DNA of 64,000 nucleotides from Thalia democratica (lineage: Eukaryota): assembly GCA_965202585.1 (NCBI GenBank), contig OZ241833.1, positions 26,970,001 to 27,034,000 of the forward strand. The letters run 5' to 3'. A program made the translations under genes and the position numbers. The notes under the pieces are model-generated. The model saw only the letters and a list, made by a program, of their open reading frames with translations, searched no databases and was not told where the DNA came from. Below are positions 46,840-61,012 of the stretch, in pieces. Within the stretch, counting starts at the first letter, position 1. The number at the start of each line of letters is the position of its first letter.

Positions 46840-49600
46840 CTTACTATACTAGTAATGTATTGTTTTATTAATTACTAGTTTAGCTTTTTGTAAGAAGAAG
46901 TAAAAATGAGTTAATTAGATGCTTATAAAATACACGGAAGCAAATTTATAAAGCATAAAGGTTTTATTTGAAATTAATGTTTTAACTGTTTTGTTTTATA
47001 TTTTTGAGGTTGATTTTTAATAATTTCTTAAAAAAAACTGGAAATGGCTCATTTGAAAAATCATAAAATAAAGTATAAGTATCTTTGTTTTAATGTTGAA
47101 GATTAGTACCTACAACATTTTGTTACACGTATAGTTTTTGTAATTTTTATTTTATAGTTAGTTGTTTTTATTAAAATGCATAAGTTAAAACAGTTTATAT
47201 TTTATTTTATACTTTGTTAAAGTATGTTTTATCAAAACTTAGATTTAGTATTATTCGTCTACTTAAAAGCTTACACTTTAGAGGTAATAATACAATAACT
47301 AAAACACAATGACGAAGCACTTAAAGTTAGCATTTAAGAGTACTTCGTTTACGATCTAAATTATAAAAGTTTAAGAAAGTAAGAAAAAACTAAAACTTTG
47401 AGAACAAAATATAAATATAACCAACTAAAAAATAATATATTTTTTTATTTCTACCAAAAGGGAAGTTACACAGATCGGTGTGATTCATCAACAATAGACA
47501 CTTATTTACTTTCTCTCAAATAACTAAAGAGATTTGAATTCCAAAATAAACAGCTAACACATTAAAAAATTTATGTTTTAGTTTAGCATGTTGATTGTCT
47601 TACAGACAGTTAGTAAGCTTCTTTTTTTTCTTTTTTTTTTATTTAGAGGATTTAGATGTTGAGCATTGCTTTGGTGGGTTAGATTGTAATTGCAGTTTTC
47701 ATCTGCGAAACAAATAAGACGACAACTTAATTTCTGAAAATTAAAAAAAAGTATACTGTGATACAAAATTAAAGTAAAAAATAATAAACTTAGTGTAATT
47801 TTAGCGAACTACGTTGTTACTGTTAAGTTATTTACAAACATTTTAAATGTAAAAGAAAAATTATATTTATTTCTATATTTCATTATTATTTTTCTTTTTT
47901 TTTCAAGCTTAAAGATGATAAATTATAAGTGAGTACAAAACTTGGCTTAAAACCAATTTTTTACAACTTAACGAGCTTTTAATGAAAAATATGTTAACAT
48001 TTTATTTTGTTTGAGAACTTTAGAATATAACGTGGTTCTCAAAATTTTAATCTACATTAGATAAAGAATTAAAAAGAAACTACTTCAGCATAATGTTTGT
48101 ATTTTTATTGTAACTGTATTACTTTAAGTAAACGCTTTCAAACGCAAGTAAGGCTTTTTGTTATGAGACTTGCTTATAAAACAAATCAAAAGTTATTCCT
48201 TAAACTAAACCAGACCAGCATTCTTTGTTAGTTTAGTAAAAAAGAAAACGTTAAAAGTATCAATGATTATTTTTCATATTTTCAAAAAAAAAAAGCTTTA
48301 AATAGTAAAGTTAAAACTAACTAAACTAGTAAGGTATTGTTTTATAGATCATCAGTTCAACCTTTTGATAGAGGAAATAGAAATAAGGCAATTTAGTACT
48401 TATAAAATACACGTTAAAGCAAAAAAGTTTTGTTTGAAAATAATGTTTTGACTGTTTTTGTTATAGCTTTTGTTATAAAATTATGAGAAAAATTACTAAA
48501 ACCAATAAAAAAGTTGGTAAAATAAAAGCATAAAAAAAGTAAAACTTTTCTTTTTTACAGTTGTAGTATAGTACATACAACAGTTCGTTAATCAAATAGT
48601 TCTTATAACAGTTTATAAGTTTTTTTTTAATAATACTAGCTGTTTCTATATGCATCAGTTAAAACAAATAAAAATTGATTTTTTAAATGCCAGAAGTTGA
48701 TTTAATTTAAATGTACATTTAGTTCTATTCGTATACCTAATAGCTTACGCTTTAGAGGTAATAAAATTATAACTAAAAGACAATAAACTTAGTACTTAGA
48801 ATCTAAATTTATAATGTTCAAGAAGGTAAAAAAAAAACTAAAACTTGAAGAGTAGTTTATTTATTTATTATTTAGAATAATAATTGTTAATAAAACAAAT
48901 TTAAAGTTTGTCTCACCAATAGGGAACTTACAAAGAAGGTATGACTGTTTACTCTCTCTCTCTTTAATTTGTTTACTCTCTCTCAAATAGCAACGAGCTT
49001 AAAAACTAAAATACATATCTAACATAATTAATAGTAGTATTTTATTACAGTTGTCCTATAAAACAATTAATAAGCTAAAATTAAGTATATTCGTTTTTTT
49101 AATTAAGAGGACTTAGATACTTAAAATACTTAGTTAAAATAGACTTAAATTACAGTACCTATCTACAAAGTATTATAAGTGAATGAGTTTTTTCTCATAA
49201 ATAAAAAATTAAACAAAGTGTACTGTAATACTCAATCATTAGTAAAAAAAATCAAGATTAGTTTACATTTACTAAACCAAGTGGTTACTATTAAGTTATT
49301 AAACAAATCTTAAATGTAAAAAAGCAATTCAACTTATTTCTATCTTATATTACTACAAGCTTAAAGGTGATAAACTATATGTGCTTGGAGTACAAAACTT
49401 GACTTAAAACCAATTTTATAATTTAACAAGTATTCAATAAAAAATATGTTAAAAACCTACTTTGTTCGAGAAATTTAGAATACTATGTAGTTCTCAATAT
49501 TTAAATCTACATTAGATAAATATAAAAGAGAAACTACTTTAGCATAATGTTTGTATTTCTATTACAACTGCATTATTTCAAGTAAACGTTTTCAAACTCG
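46840..49600. repeat. Diverged tandem duplication, unit ~1.46 kb (about 46840-48300 and 48310-49600)
   Basis: Colinear shared blocks: cttataaaatacacg, agcttac.ctttagaggtaataa, gagtacaaaacttg.cttaaaaccaatttt, tctacattagataaa, agcataatgtttgtattt. Confidence 0.8.
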
Positions 49601-49847
49601 TTTTAATTTTGAAAAAGTTGTACAAAGCTTTTATAAATTCTACTTAAATTAAGAATTTTCAAACTTATTTAAAAAACCGCGAGCACTTAAAGGATAACGC
49701 TTTATAACGAAAGCTTTATTTTACAATATAACTTTTTTTAGGTCTCCTAAGTAAAACATTTTAAGTTGTTTTTGTGTTTTTGTCACTTGTGTAGGCGTCA
49801 AGTTTTAGTTATACAACATCCAAAATAAAATCTTTAAAAGTTAAACC

Positions 49848-51842
49848 CAGTTGGCTAAAAATTTCTAGTCTAGTTTAGTGAATTCTTTCGATGTTTTATT
49901 TAAAAAAGAGAATTTTTTTATACTTAGTTGCTTTTGTTGAATGTATGAGTATGTAAGTTTGATTAGTATGAGTGTGTAAGTTTAAATAGTATGTAAGCAA
50001 AAACCCCTAACACAACTTGTGGTTTTCAGAAAGTTTTTTACTTTATTACAAATTTCGATCCAAAAAAAATACTTTTTTTTTTACTTTATGAGTAACTAAC
50101 AATTTTACATATTTAAAAACTTCAACACTATTTTAGTTGTAGTATATTTTAAAGCTAGTTATAAAGCATTATGTATAAAATATAACAAATAGTATTTAAC
50201 TTAAATGTAAATAAATTTTCACGCTTTATTTCATGATTTAAATCATTAATCTATTCTTACACAAAATCATTTTTTATTTGTTCAGGGTTGTTATAAGAAA
50301 TGGAGCTAGGTTTTAATACAAGAATTTATATCGTCCTATACTTATGTTTAAACCAAGTAAAAACTTATTTGCTTTAGTTGAGCTAAAGTTGTTTCTAAAA
50401 CTTTTTTTTCATATAGTATACTTTATGTTTGAGTTAATGCAATCTTGAGTATAAATCACTTGACTTTTGCACGCAGCTAGTTTATTTACAAAACACCTAG
50501 CAAAGTATTAGTAGTTCTATTAGATACATTTTTATCTTTTGTGTCTTGAGATTAATAGTTTTGTTTACTTTTATCTTTTTAATTAAACTGATTAAATATT
50601 AACTTACAAAAGTTGACTAAGTTATAAGAAGTTGAGAGGTGCGTTTATGGACAAACATTTGTTTCTAATTTAATTTAATTAAACGAAGTTTTAATAGTTT
50701 ATCAAAATTGATAGATTTCTGAACAGAACTTTTTAAAAGTTTATATACTTTTAAAAGCAATAGACTTGTGCTAGCTAGTCTAAACAGTATTGAATAAGAG
50801 CTTACCATTGTTTCTTTTGTACAAAAATAATAATGGATTACAAAAAATGCTATTCACTTTTGACTAGCTGTTTCGGATTAATGTATTTTATAAACTAATA
50901 ACAATGGTAGATACTATATGGCAAATACTTGTGCAATTTGTTTTCTTTTGATTTAGACATAACTATCTATTTACACAGTTAAGCTGCTTAAAATTTATAT
51001 TAAAAAAAATCTCAATCAAATTACTTATAACAAAAAAAAGTTAATAGTAGCATAAAGAATCAACAAAACTGTGTTAAAAACAAATGATATTTACCAAGTT
51101 ATATATTTTATTAATTCTAAGAGCCCTGTTTGTGTTTAATAAATAGAATTAGTGTGTTCCACAGAAGTTGTTTGAACGAAGTAACATTTTTATGAAAGTA
51201 TAAATCTATTAACTATATTAAATCGATTAATGAAATTTAAAATTACACATCTATATAAACCTTATCTTTTTATATTATTAATCTTAAGTTTTAAAAATAT
51301 TTATACCAATTTTCTGACAAAACTTATTTTTCGGTCTTTTTTCTGATAAATTTTTTAACTTAGAATACTATCACACAATATTTAAGTTATTTGTAACTTT
51401 AAAACCTTATTATTAAGACAAGTAATCAACAGTTGGCTTTTAAAGTTTCTAGCCTTGTTTAGTGAACTCTTTATGTTTTATTTTTAAAAGAAAAATTTTC
51501 AAATACTAAGTTGTTTTTGTTGAATGTATGAGTATGTAAGTTTGCAAAAAGTATGTAGTAAGCAAAAAACCCTAACGCCAATTGTGGTTTTCAGAAAAAT
51601 TTTTACTTTATTACAAGTTTTTATCAAACCAAAAATACTTTTATTTTACTTTATGAGTAACTAACAATTTTACATATTTATAAACTTTAACACTATTTTA
51701 GTTGTAGTATATTTTAAAGCTAGTTATAAAGCATTATGTATAAAATATAACAAATAGTATTTAACTTAAATGTAAATAAATTTTCACGCTTTATTTCATG
51801 ATTTAAATCATTAATCTATTCTTACACAGAATCATTTTTTAT
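49848..51842. repeat. Direct duplication of the GT31-A 5' flank (49848-50277 and 51430-51842)
   Basis: The core 50081-50277 vs 51646-51842 differs at only 3 of 197 positions; outer parts are more diverged. Confidence 0.92.
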
Positions 51843-51870
51843 CATACTAAGTAAAGTTGTGCATAAAAAA

Positions 51871-53903
51871 ATGTTCAAAATAAAGACAGCACATAACCAA
51901 ACAAGAATATTAACTGTTGTGATAATATCATTCCTTTTCTGCAACATGTTTCTTTACTCCCGTAATTATAGAGAATGTAAATGTGAGAAAGAAAACGAAC
52001 AAACAAATGTGCTTAAACTGGTACAAAAGAAAACATATAAAAACACTGAATCGTGAGTTTAACTACAGTTTATTATATTATCTAAAAACTATGTTTTTGT
52101 TAAAGTTATCTATTTATTAAATTAAAATAAAAGCAAGTTTGATATAAGTTATGTATTTGAATGTTTTATTAAAACTGCGATAAATACAAGTAAAAGTATA
52201 CAAGTTACGTTGACTAAACGATGAAACTAGTATAAACTTGATATTTATTTAAAGGCTCTCTTTTAATGAAAGTAATGGAAAAACTCCAATTAAAAGTAAA
52301 GAAGATTTCACAGAACTAATATCAAGCGAGCACCGATATAAGGTCAGCTATTTAATGAAGCCGAGATTATCTCTCAACAACATTTGTGACAACAAATGCA
52401 AAATTAAAGGAGGTAAAAAGTGACAGCAAAGTTATTACACAGCTGATTGATGCTTGTATTATTAATTTATCATATCACACTGTTTTAATATTAGTCGATA
52501 AAACTTTTCAAGCTTATTTTTAATTAATTATATAAAATTACATAAAACAAATGAAGCTACTTAGTACACGTTAACCATTTAAACTTAGGTCAACACTACA
52601 CGATGGTTACTTTCATAAAGTCCAAAGTTACAAACACAAAAGTGAGAAGTTTTCTCAGAAGATCTTGGACTTCTATTAAATACACGAGAAACGGAATACT
52701 TTTGTACGTGTTTGTAGTTGGTCGTCCAACATCGAACAAAACTCTTCAATTGATTGAAGAAGAATCAAAACGTTACGAAGATATTTTGATGTTTGATGGA
52801 CCAGATGATTACAAGTAAACTAGCCGTACTAGACAATTTAAGCTTGAAAAAAAATTACAACGTTATAAACCTTTTGTTTTTAATATACTCTTGCATGAAT
52901 TACTTTTATCGGAGTGTATAGATCATTACTGGTATTCAAACAAAACAGAAGCTTAAAGCTTAAAATATTTTATATTCACTAAATTGTTGCATTGAGATTT
53001 TTCCCTGTGTCGTACTAATTGGTAAGTTGTTTAAATAAAACGTAAAATATCAGAAACATCGGTCGCAAGACGTTGTCAGGGATTCAATGGGCGTCGGAAA
53101 ATTTGCCTTCTTCTTTTTACTATTCATCCTGTGATGACGATTTTATGATTGACGTCGCCGCTTTTGATGACAACATAATGAAAGCAATAAATACGACAAC
53201 TCAACTGCCTCACTTCCCTTTCATTTGCATACATGGTTTGGTGAGTCAACTTTTATCAAGTTGATTTTTGTTTTAAGAAAGTTGGTGCTGATTTCTTGAA
53301 GATTTTAATTAAGTTATGAAGCATATGCCAGTTTTAACCTATAAGTTGAAATTATTTATAAAAGATTACATAAAAGTAAATGTTAACTTTGATAATTTTA
53401 ATGTTCAAAAGTTTATTTCAACTTTTACTTTGCTTCAATCTTAAAACTACCATAGATCTATAACATTGTAAAGCTTTTTTTCAGTTCTTTGTCAATAGTA
53501 AGTAAAATACTTATACGTTGATACACACCTTCAGGTAGGCCCGCGCGTCCACAGAGACCCAAACTCAAAGTACTACGTCCCCGAATCCGAGTACGCCGAG
53601 GAGCGGTGGCCGAGGGCATGCCTGGGCGGATTTTACGCGACGAAAGTGGCCACTGTCGAAAAAGTGTGGAGGCGATCGTGGAACGAAACAATGGTGAGGA
53701 TGGACGACGTGTGGCTGACCGGTGTGTTGAGGAAGAAGAGCGGGATCCCGGACAGTTGCGTCGTAGGGGCTTACTTCAAAGCGGACTTGCACACGTGGGG
53801 CTATCAGGGAAGGGGAGACCCCGGTTCCAAAAATTTCATGGCGAAAGAGCTTGAGGAGCATGAGAGGAAAATTAATAAAAGACCGCACTGCAGGTGTGAG
53901 TGA
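51871..53903 (+). CDS. GT31 beta-1,3-galactosyltransferase-like (B3GALT/brainiac family), copy A, 373 aa
   Basis: Exons 51871-52052, 52255-52412, 52589-52814, 53054-53240 and 53535-53903 total 1122 nt. Type II anchor ILTVVIISFLFCNMFLY; GT31 motifs R..LRRSW, FVVG, IEEESKRYEDIL, D.Y.N...KT, DDDF (DxD), RDPNSKYYVP, and DDVWLTG. Confidence 0.93.
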
Positions 53904-56900
53904 GATTAGTTGCAATTGTCAACATAGCTTTGTTGTTGTACAAAATAGGCAGTAGGTTTTACACTGTTTTTTGTTAGTCTGTTTTAGGATATGTTATCTA
54001 AGTTTTTGTATAAACAACCATTTGTTTTTATAAATAAACTTTTATTTTAAGATTAAGTATATTTTACTTAAACAAGTACTAATGTTCATCAATCATTGAT
54101 CTTTATGCATTTGCTAATGTTACAGTTGTGTTATCACACGTAAGTTACTGGTTATGACGTCACTAAGGGTACAGAACAAAAAACATTTCCTTGAATGTGT
54201 TACCTATTGTAACATATGTTTTAGTTTAACTTGTACTTTGCAGGTATTATACAAACTGAATTTTTAATTGTAGATTAAAAATGAAATTATTTGCTTTATA
54301 TGTTGATCTTAATGGTGTGACGTGTGTATTTTTTTACCATTTCACTATTAAATGTAATTAAAGTATCTGAAGTTTTAAATTTATAAGAGAATTCGTACTG
54401 TAAACTTAAGTTTTGAAAAGTTAGGTGTTTGGAAACAAGCTTCATGATTTTGCACAGGTTTTTGATTATGCAACAGTTTTTTGTCTTAAAATGCTCTTAA
54501 CAAACTTTTTTTGTTTGTTATTTAAACTAAGAATATATTTGTAACGTAATTTTAAGCTTTTACTTAAAGGATTTTTGTTGATGTTTATATAAAAGAGTTT
54601 TAATTAGTTTAGCTACATAGTTCCATAGTCACATTTTTTAATCACTAATTATTATTGAATTGACTTATATTACATAAACTTTTCTACTGATTTGAGTAGC
54701 AAACATATTTTTGTAAAATAATTTAAAAAATGTTATGATATTAAATGGATTTTTTCCTACCTGAAAAATTTACCGAAATTTTTGCATATAATTTAAAAAA
54801 GTAAAACATTAAAATGCTTAAAAATTTTTCCCTCTTAATTAATTGAAACAAAATAGTTAAAATTATACACTTTAATACTAAAATGGCTGTAAAAAGTTGC
54901 TTTTTGTTATAATTAAACATTTGTTATTGTTTCTGTATACAGAACAGTATCAATTTTTAAAGAAACCTAGTGAAGCAACTACTATTAGTTGTCTTTAAAC
55001 TAAAAGTTTCGTTAGTAAAACAACTTTATAAAATTAAAGTTCTTACAAAATTTTGCTACTTGGTTAGATTCTAATGTTTATGAATTGAATTTAGTTTGAA
55101 AATACACTTTAAATCTTTACTGCAGTTAGTTTTATAGTTTTACAAGTTCAAAATTAAATTTTCAGTTGAATAATTTTTAAATGTTAATGTCGTTTTTAAA
55201 CTGTTCAATTTTGATCAAAATATTTTTTCTCATTCTAAAACTTTCAATAACATCTGCTTTACTGTTTTACTGATTAGTGCCTAAAATATATCTTGTTGTA
55301 TCAATCAAATATTTTCGCCTTTTAAAATTTGTCAATAGTTTAAAGGGCAGCTCATGTCAATATTTTTTTATGTATTTTAATCTAATTTGAAAGGCTTGCG
55401 TTATCTTAAACTAATTCAAATTTTATAAATATGTGCAAAAGTTGATTATTAAACAATTTGTTATTTTTAATCTAAAACATTGGTATACTTTTTTCAGTTT
55501 TAAACATAATTTCCATAAATTACCTTTTGCTTTAATTCTGATGGATTAAGACAAAAAGTTGGTTCGAAAATATACTTACTTCAACTAAATGAACAAAACA
55601 GAAAAATTTAACCTATTTGGTCTCTTCAAAATGACTGTAATTGTTACTTTTTGCTAAATAATTTTAAAAAATTTGTTGGTTTTGTAAAAAAAACTCCATA
55701 TTTTGATTTATCTCAACTAAATATAAAAACTTAATTTACATGTTTTTATAAAAATGAGACTTAAATGTTTTGTTTATTAAGTTGGTTGAAAATTTAAATT
55801 AAAACTATAAGATGTTTTTTATTCCATTACCCAAAACAGATTTATTCCTTTTAGTTTACCGAGACTAACTGAAAATGACAAAACAATATATTTGTAACAA
55901 AAATTTTTAATACTTTTGTTTGAAACTTTTTAAAAAAGGTTATTTTTAAAATTTACAACACTTTAGTTTGGTTTTTTATTTTAAAATAAAATATTAATGA
56001 CTAAAATTAATTATCTTACTGAGAATTCGAGTCATTGCAATATAAAAAACAATATTATTATTTACTAATTTTGTGTACTATGCTTTTCGTTGTTTATCAA
56101 ATATTGACAGTTCTCAACTTAAAAATTCAATAACAAAAGTTTACCAAGCTTAACTTGTTCAATATTTTGTAAAAAGCGTTTGATCAACAAGATTCGTTAT
56201 GTCAAATACAGAATATTTCTGAAAGTTTAGTACAATTAGTTAAGATATACTGCTGTTTGTTTAAACTAAAAAAAAAATTCAAAGTGACTAAAATATAGGT
56301 AAAAGAAAAACTATAGTCGTATTTTAAAAACGCTTTGTTAACTGCTATTTGTAAACTAATATTTAGATCTTCGTACAACTTTAAAGAAAAAGAAGAATTA
56401 AGGGATAGTAGAACAAACTTAATAAAAGAAGCTGACAATCTATGAGCACAAAAATCTCAAGTTAAGGTTAAATTTCATCTTAATTAATCAACTTATTAAG
56501 CGGTGATACGGTTTAATTTTTATTTGTTTTTCCGAAAAAGATACAAAATAAATACATATAAATACAAGCATAATTACTAGCTTCGTAGTCTTTTGATGGA
56601 TAATAGCGAGCAATAAGTTTTAAAATTATTGAAAAACAGTTTAAGTATTAAATGTGAACAAAAGCAGATGTTATCGTAAGGTTCAAGACTAAAAAAAAAT
56701 TGATTACTTAAAATACCAAAGAGCTTAAAAAATTGTAAATATATTTTAGATAAGTAAAAATATTTACAAGCAAGTTATGATTGTATTTCATATTTAAAAA
56801 GACTTATCAAAATAAAGTTTATTTATTAACTTCAAACTAAGTTGAGCAAACAAACAAGTTAAGTCTAACTAAGTCGCAAGACGTTGTAAAAGTTGTAAAT

Positions 56901-57948
56901 GGGTTGACTTACTTTCCTTGCAAAACTAATGATTCATTTAACTACTTATAGTAGTTGATTAGTTGTTTTGGTTCAACTAAGATTTATATATTTACTCAGT
57001 GGCCTTCAAGGTGATTTGAAGATGTGCACACTAAACTCCCAAAAAAGTTGCTAAAGAACCTTTTCTTGCATCAGAAACTCTAGAATAACTAGTTTTTGAA
57101 ATTAATTTCATGCACCCCTACTTGAGTTTTGTGCAACCTTAAATTAATCTTGTGCGCACTGGTTTGAAAACCACTGCTTTAAACAACAAAAAAAAACTTT
57201 TTTTATATTAAAAATAAACCTTTTACAGCCATTGTAAGTAGTTTCACACAATTTTTGCTTTACTAATTTAAACGCTGTTGTTAACTTTACAGTTTCCAAA
57301 TAACTTATGCCTTATTTCACTAATAAGTTTGTAAAGTTTGTTATATATCCAGGAAAGAAGTACCAAGTATAGTTTTAAATAGTTAAGAATACACTTTTTT
57401 TCGCTCATGTCATTAATAAAAATAATAAAGATAGCCAGCTGCTTTTCAGATTATTTTACTCAGAAACTGTATAGTTTAAGCGACATGTCATTTTATATAG
57501 AAGTGAACAAATTGTTAAACGAAAATTATATAGAAACAATCAAATGTTATTTAAACTAAATTATAAAAGAAAAGGATTTCAATAGTTTTTTTTGGATATT
57601 ATTAAATAACGCTGACTAAAAATATGAGTGCGTAGTTTAAAATATACTAGTTTATTAATTTAGCATTTATCAATAACACAGCGACGCATTTACGCGTCAC
57701 CACTGACTTACGCCTAATAATACAACGGTAGCATTTCAAAAACATAAAAGATATCAACTCGCATTAAAAACAACGATCATCAAATTTTTTTTTTTTTGCA
57801 GAAACAAAACTGAAAAAGATATTTTTCTTAAGGTAAAAACAACAACGTTTTATTTTTAATAAAAATTTGAGCCCTGAAACATTAGTAATCATATAAACTA
57901 AAAAAGATAAAATCTCAAAAACGAACAAAACTACGCGAACACTTGCAA

Positions 57949-60900
57949 CTAGTACCATTTGCACCTACAGTGCGGTCTTTTATCAATTTCCCTTTTAAAC
58001 TCCAGCTGCTCTTTCGCCATGAAAGTTTTGGAACCGGGGTCTCCCCTTCCCCGGTAGGCCCACGTGTGCAAGTCCGCTTTGAAGTAAGCCCCTATGACGC
58101 AACTGTCCGGGATCCCGCTCTTCTTCCTCAACACCCCGGTCAGCCACACGTCGTCCATCCTCACCATTGTTTCGTTCCACGATTGCCTCCACACTTTTTC
58201 GATAGTGGCCAAATTCGTCGCGTAAAATCCGCCCCTGCAACCCCTCGGCCACTGCTCCTCGGCGTACTCAGATTCGGGTACGTAGTTCTTTGAGCTTGGG
58301 TCTCTGTGGATGTACGCATCAGTCTAGAAATAAATATTAAAGGTATATGTGTATCTATAAACACAATGTAAGAACTGTAAAATACTATATTTGTTGAAAG
58401 TGGTATGGGTTTTATAAACTTTTTAAAATCCTCACGCGATTGGCACTCTGATTTTTAAAGTAAACATCAGTTTGACAAAAGTTGACTCACCAAACCATAT
58501 ATGCAAATGAAAGGGAAGTAAGGCAGTTGAGATGCTGTGTTTATTGCTTTCATTATGTTGTCATCGAGGGCAGCGACGTCAATCATAAAATCGTCATCAG
58601 CGGATGAATAGTAATAAGAAGAAGGCAAATTTTCTAACGCCCATTGCATCGATGACAACGTCTTGCGACCGATGTTTCTGATTAAATTTGAATTAAATCA
58701 TTTAACTAATGAGAACGATGCAAAAAAGGAAACAGTGGTTTGCACCAAGTCTACTTAAAAGTTTTAAACTTTTTTTTAATATCATTCGTCTACTAATGCA
58801 AACATCATTTTGTGAATTCTGCTAGTTTTGTACAAACTTAGACAAAAGTTTTTCTGAAAGTCAAACATAAATAGAAGTAAGTTTCAACCCAAAAAAAATG
58901 TCGTAAAACGTGAAAACATAACTTTTAATATACTCAACACATACTTGGTATATTCTAGCAAATAGCTTAAGTATCTACAATTATATATAATTCATTATTT
59001 TTTTCTACAAAGCTGTTTTTGTTTCTTTGTTATTAAGAAATCAACATTAAAAAAAATTATTCAAACAATATTTCTTTCAGTTTGTAACCGATTTTAGTCG
59101 CGACTTTGAAAGAATGTAGATACTTTAAAAACAAGTTTTAACCAGTAACTTATATTAGCTACAACTCAATAAAGCTTAAAATAAAATATTGTTTATAAAT
59201 GAAGCTATGACAAAATTAAAAAACAAAGTAAATTAATTTTCTAATTATGTGCTTTTAGTATAAACAGATTTTATAAACTAATTAGCATATAATACAAAAG
59301 TTAATATATAAATTTCCCACTTAAAAACATTTTAAGTTCATAAGTTAACTATAACTACAAAAACTAATAAAATCATTTTGTTTTTGCTTTTTGTAATACA
59401 CTTTATTTAAAAAGTGTTAAAATATATTTTATAAGAAAGTCATTTTAAAACAAAAATTTTATAATAAAAATTTTTTTCTTAATTTTAAGTTGTCTAGTAC
59501 GGATTATTACTTGTAACTATTTTTTTTGATTATTACTTCTACTTTGTTTGAGTACCAGTAATGATCTATACACTCCGATAAAAATACTTCATGCATGAGT
59601 ATATTAAAAAAAAGTTTATAGCATTGTAATTTTTTTCCAAGCTTAAATTGTCTAGTACGGTTAGTTTACCTGTAATCATCTGGTCCATCAAACATCAATA
59701 TATCTTCGTAACGTTTTGATTCTTCTTCAATCAATTGAAGAGCTTTGTTCGATGTTGGACGACCAATTACAAACACGTACAAAAGTATCCCGTTTCTCGT
59801 GTATTTAATAGAAGTCCAAGATCTTCTGAGAAAATTTCTCACTTTTGTGTTTGAATCTTTGGACTTTAAAAATGTTACCATCGTGTAGTGTTGACCTAAG
59901 TTTAAATGGTTAACGTGTACTAAGTAGCTTAATTTGTTTTATGTAGTTTTATATTATTAATAAAAAATATACTTAAAAAGTTTTATTGACTAATATTAAA
60001 ATAGTATGATATGATGAATTAATAATACAAGCATCAATCAGCTGTGTAATAACTTTGCTGTCACTTTTTTACCTCCTTTAATTTTGCATTCCTTGTCACA
60101 AATGTTGTTGAAAGATAATCTCGGCTTCATTAAGTAGCTGACCTTATATCGGTGTTCGCTTGATATTAGTTCAGTTAAATCCTTTTTACTTTCAATTGGA
60201 GATTTTCCATTACTTTCTTTAAAAGAGACCCTGAACAAAGTTTAAATATATAGTCAACTTTATAATAACTTTTATGGTTTACTTTAAATGACTCTAAAGA
60301 CTAAACTAAAATTATTTGAACTTAAAGAAAATATTTTTAAAAAAATTGATAAAGTTTAATTCAGTTTTGAATTTATTAATAGATAACTTAAACAAAAAAG
60401 TTTGCTTTCGTATAAGTTCAACAGCATCTATTTTTTTGTTTACTTTTTATCGGAGTTTTTTCATTACTTGCATTGTAAAAGATCCTGAAAACTTAGATTT
60501 TTTAATGTACTTTTATAATTAAAAATTTACAATATTATTTAAAATTTGGTCAGTACAATATTAAATATTGTACTGACAAAATTTTTTCAACTAAAGTGAT
60601 ATCTAACTTTTTACTAATTGTTTTTTTTTTTTTGCATTCTTGATATTACTCTTTATTAAAAGATAAAAAAAACGCTTAAAAAGTTTGGTCTAAAGACCTG
60701 GTGTACGAAGGAAATTATCTGTTATTGAGCCGTCCACAGCAATAAAAACATTAAACTTATGAGTTTATAAAAGTTTAAAATTTAGTCTATAGTATAAGTA
60801 GATAATTTAAAGAAAGACGTCGTTTTTAATATTAGTATGCTAAATTTTAGTTAAACTTACGATTTTGTAGTTTTGTCTGTTTTATTTTGCTGTAATTCAA

Positions 60901-61012
60901 CCACATTTCTTTCTCTTCTGTAAGTCTCAGAATAAAAAAAAACATTGCAAAGAAAGGACAGTATCATCAGGACACCAAATATTAACCTCAATACTTTTTT
61001 TAGTTTCAACAT
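57949..61012 (-). CDS. GT31 beta-1,3-galactosyltransferase-like, copy B, 365 aa
   Basis: Exons 61012-60861, 60230-60073, 59895-59670, 58677-58491 and 58323-57949 total 1098 nt. It has the same intron phases and the same internal exon sizes (158, 226, 187) as copy A. Confidence 0.93.

Noticed and set aside
54156-54163. TGACGTCA (CRE/ATF site)
   Set aside because: A single 8-mer downstream of a gene with no supporting context.
53458-58364. Alternative-frame and antisense ORFs over the last GT31 exons
   Set aside because: Shadows of the GC-rich true exons, duplicated only because the genes are duplicated.
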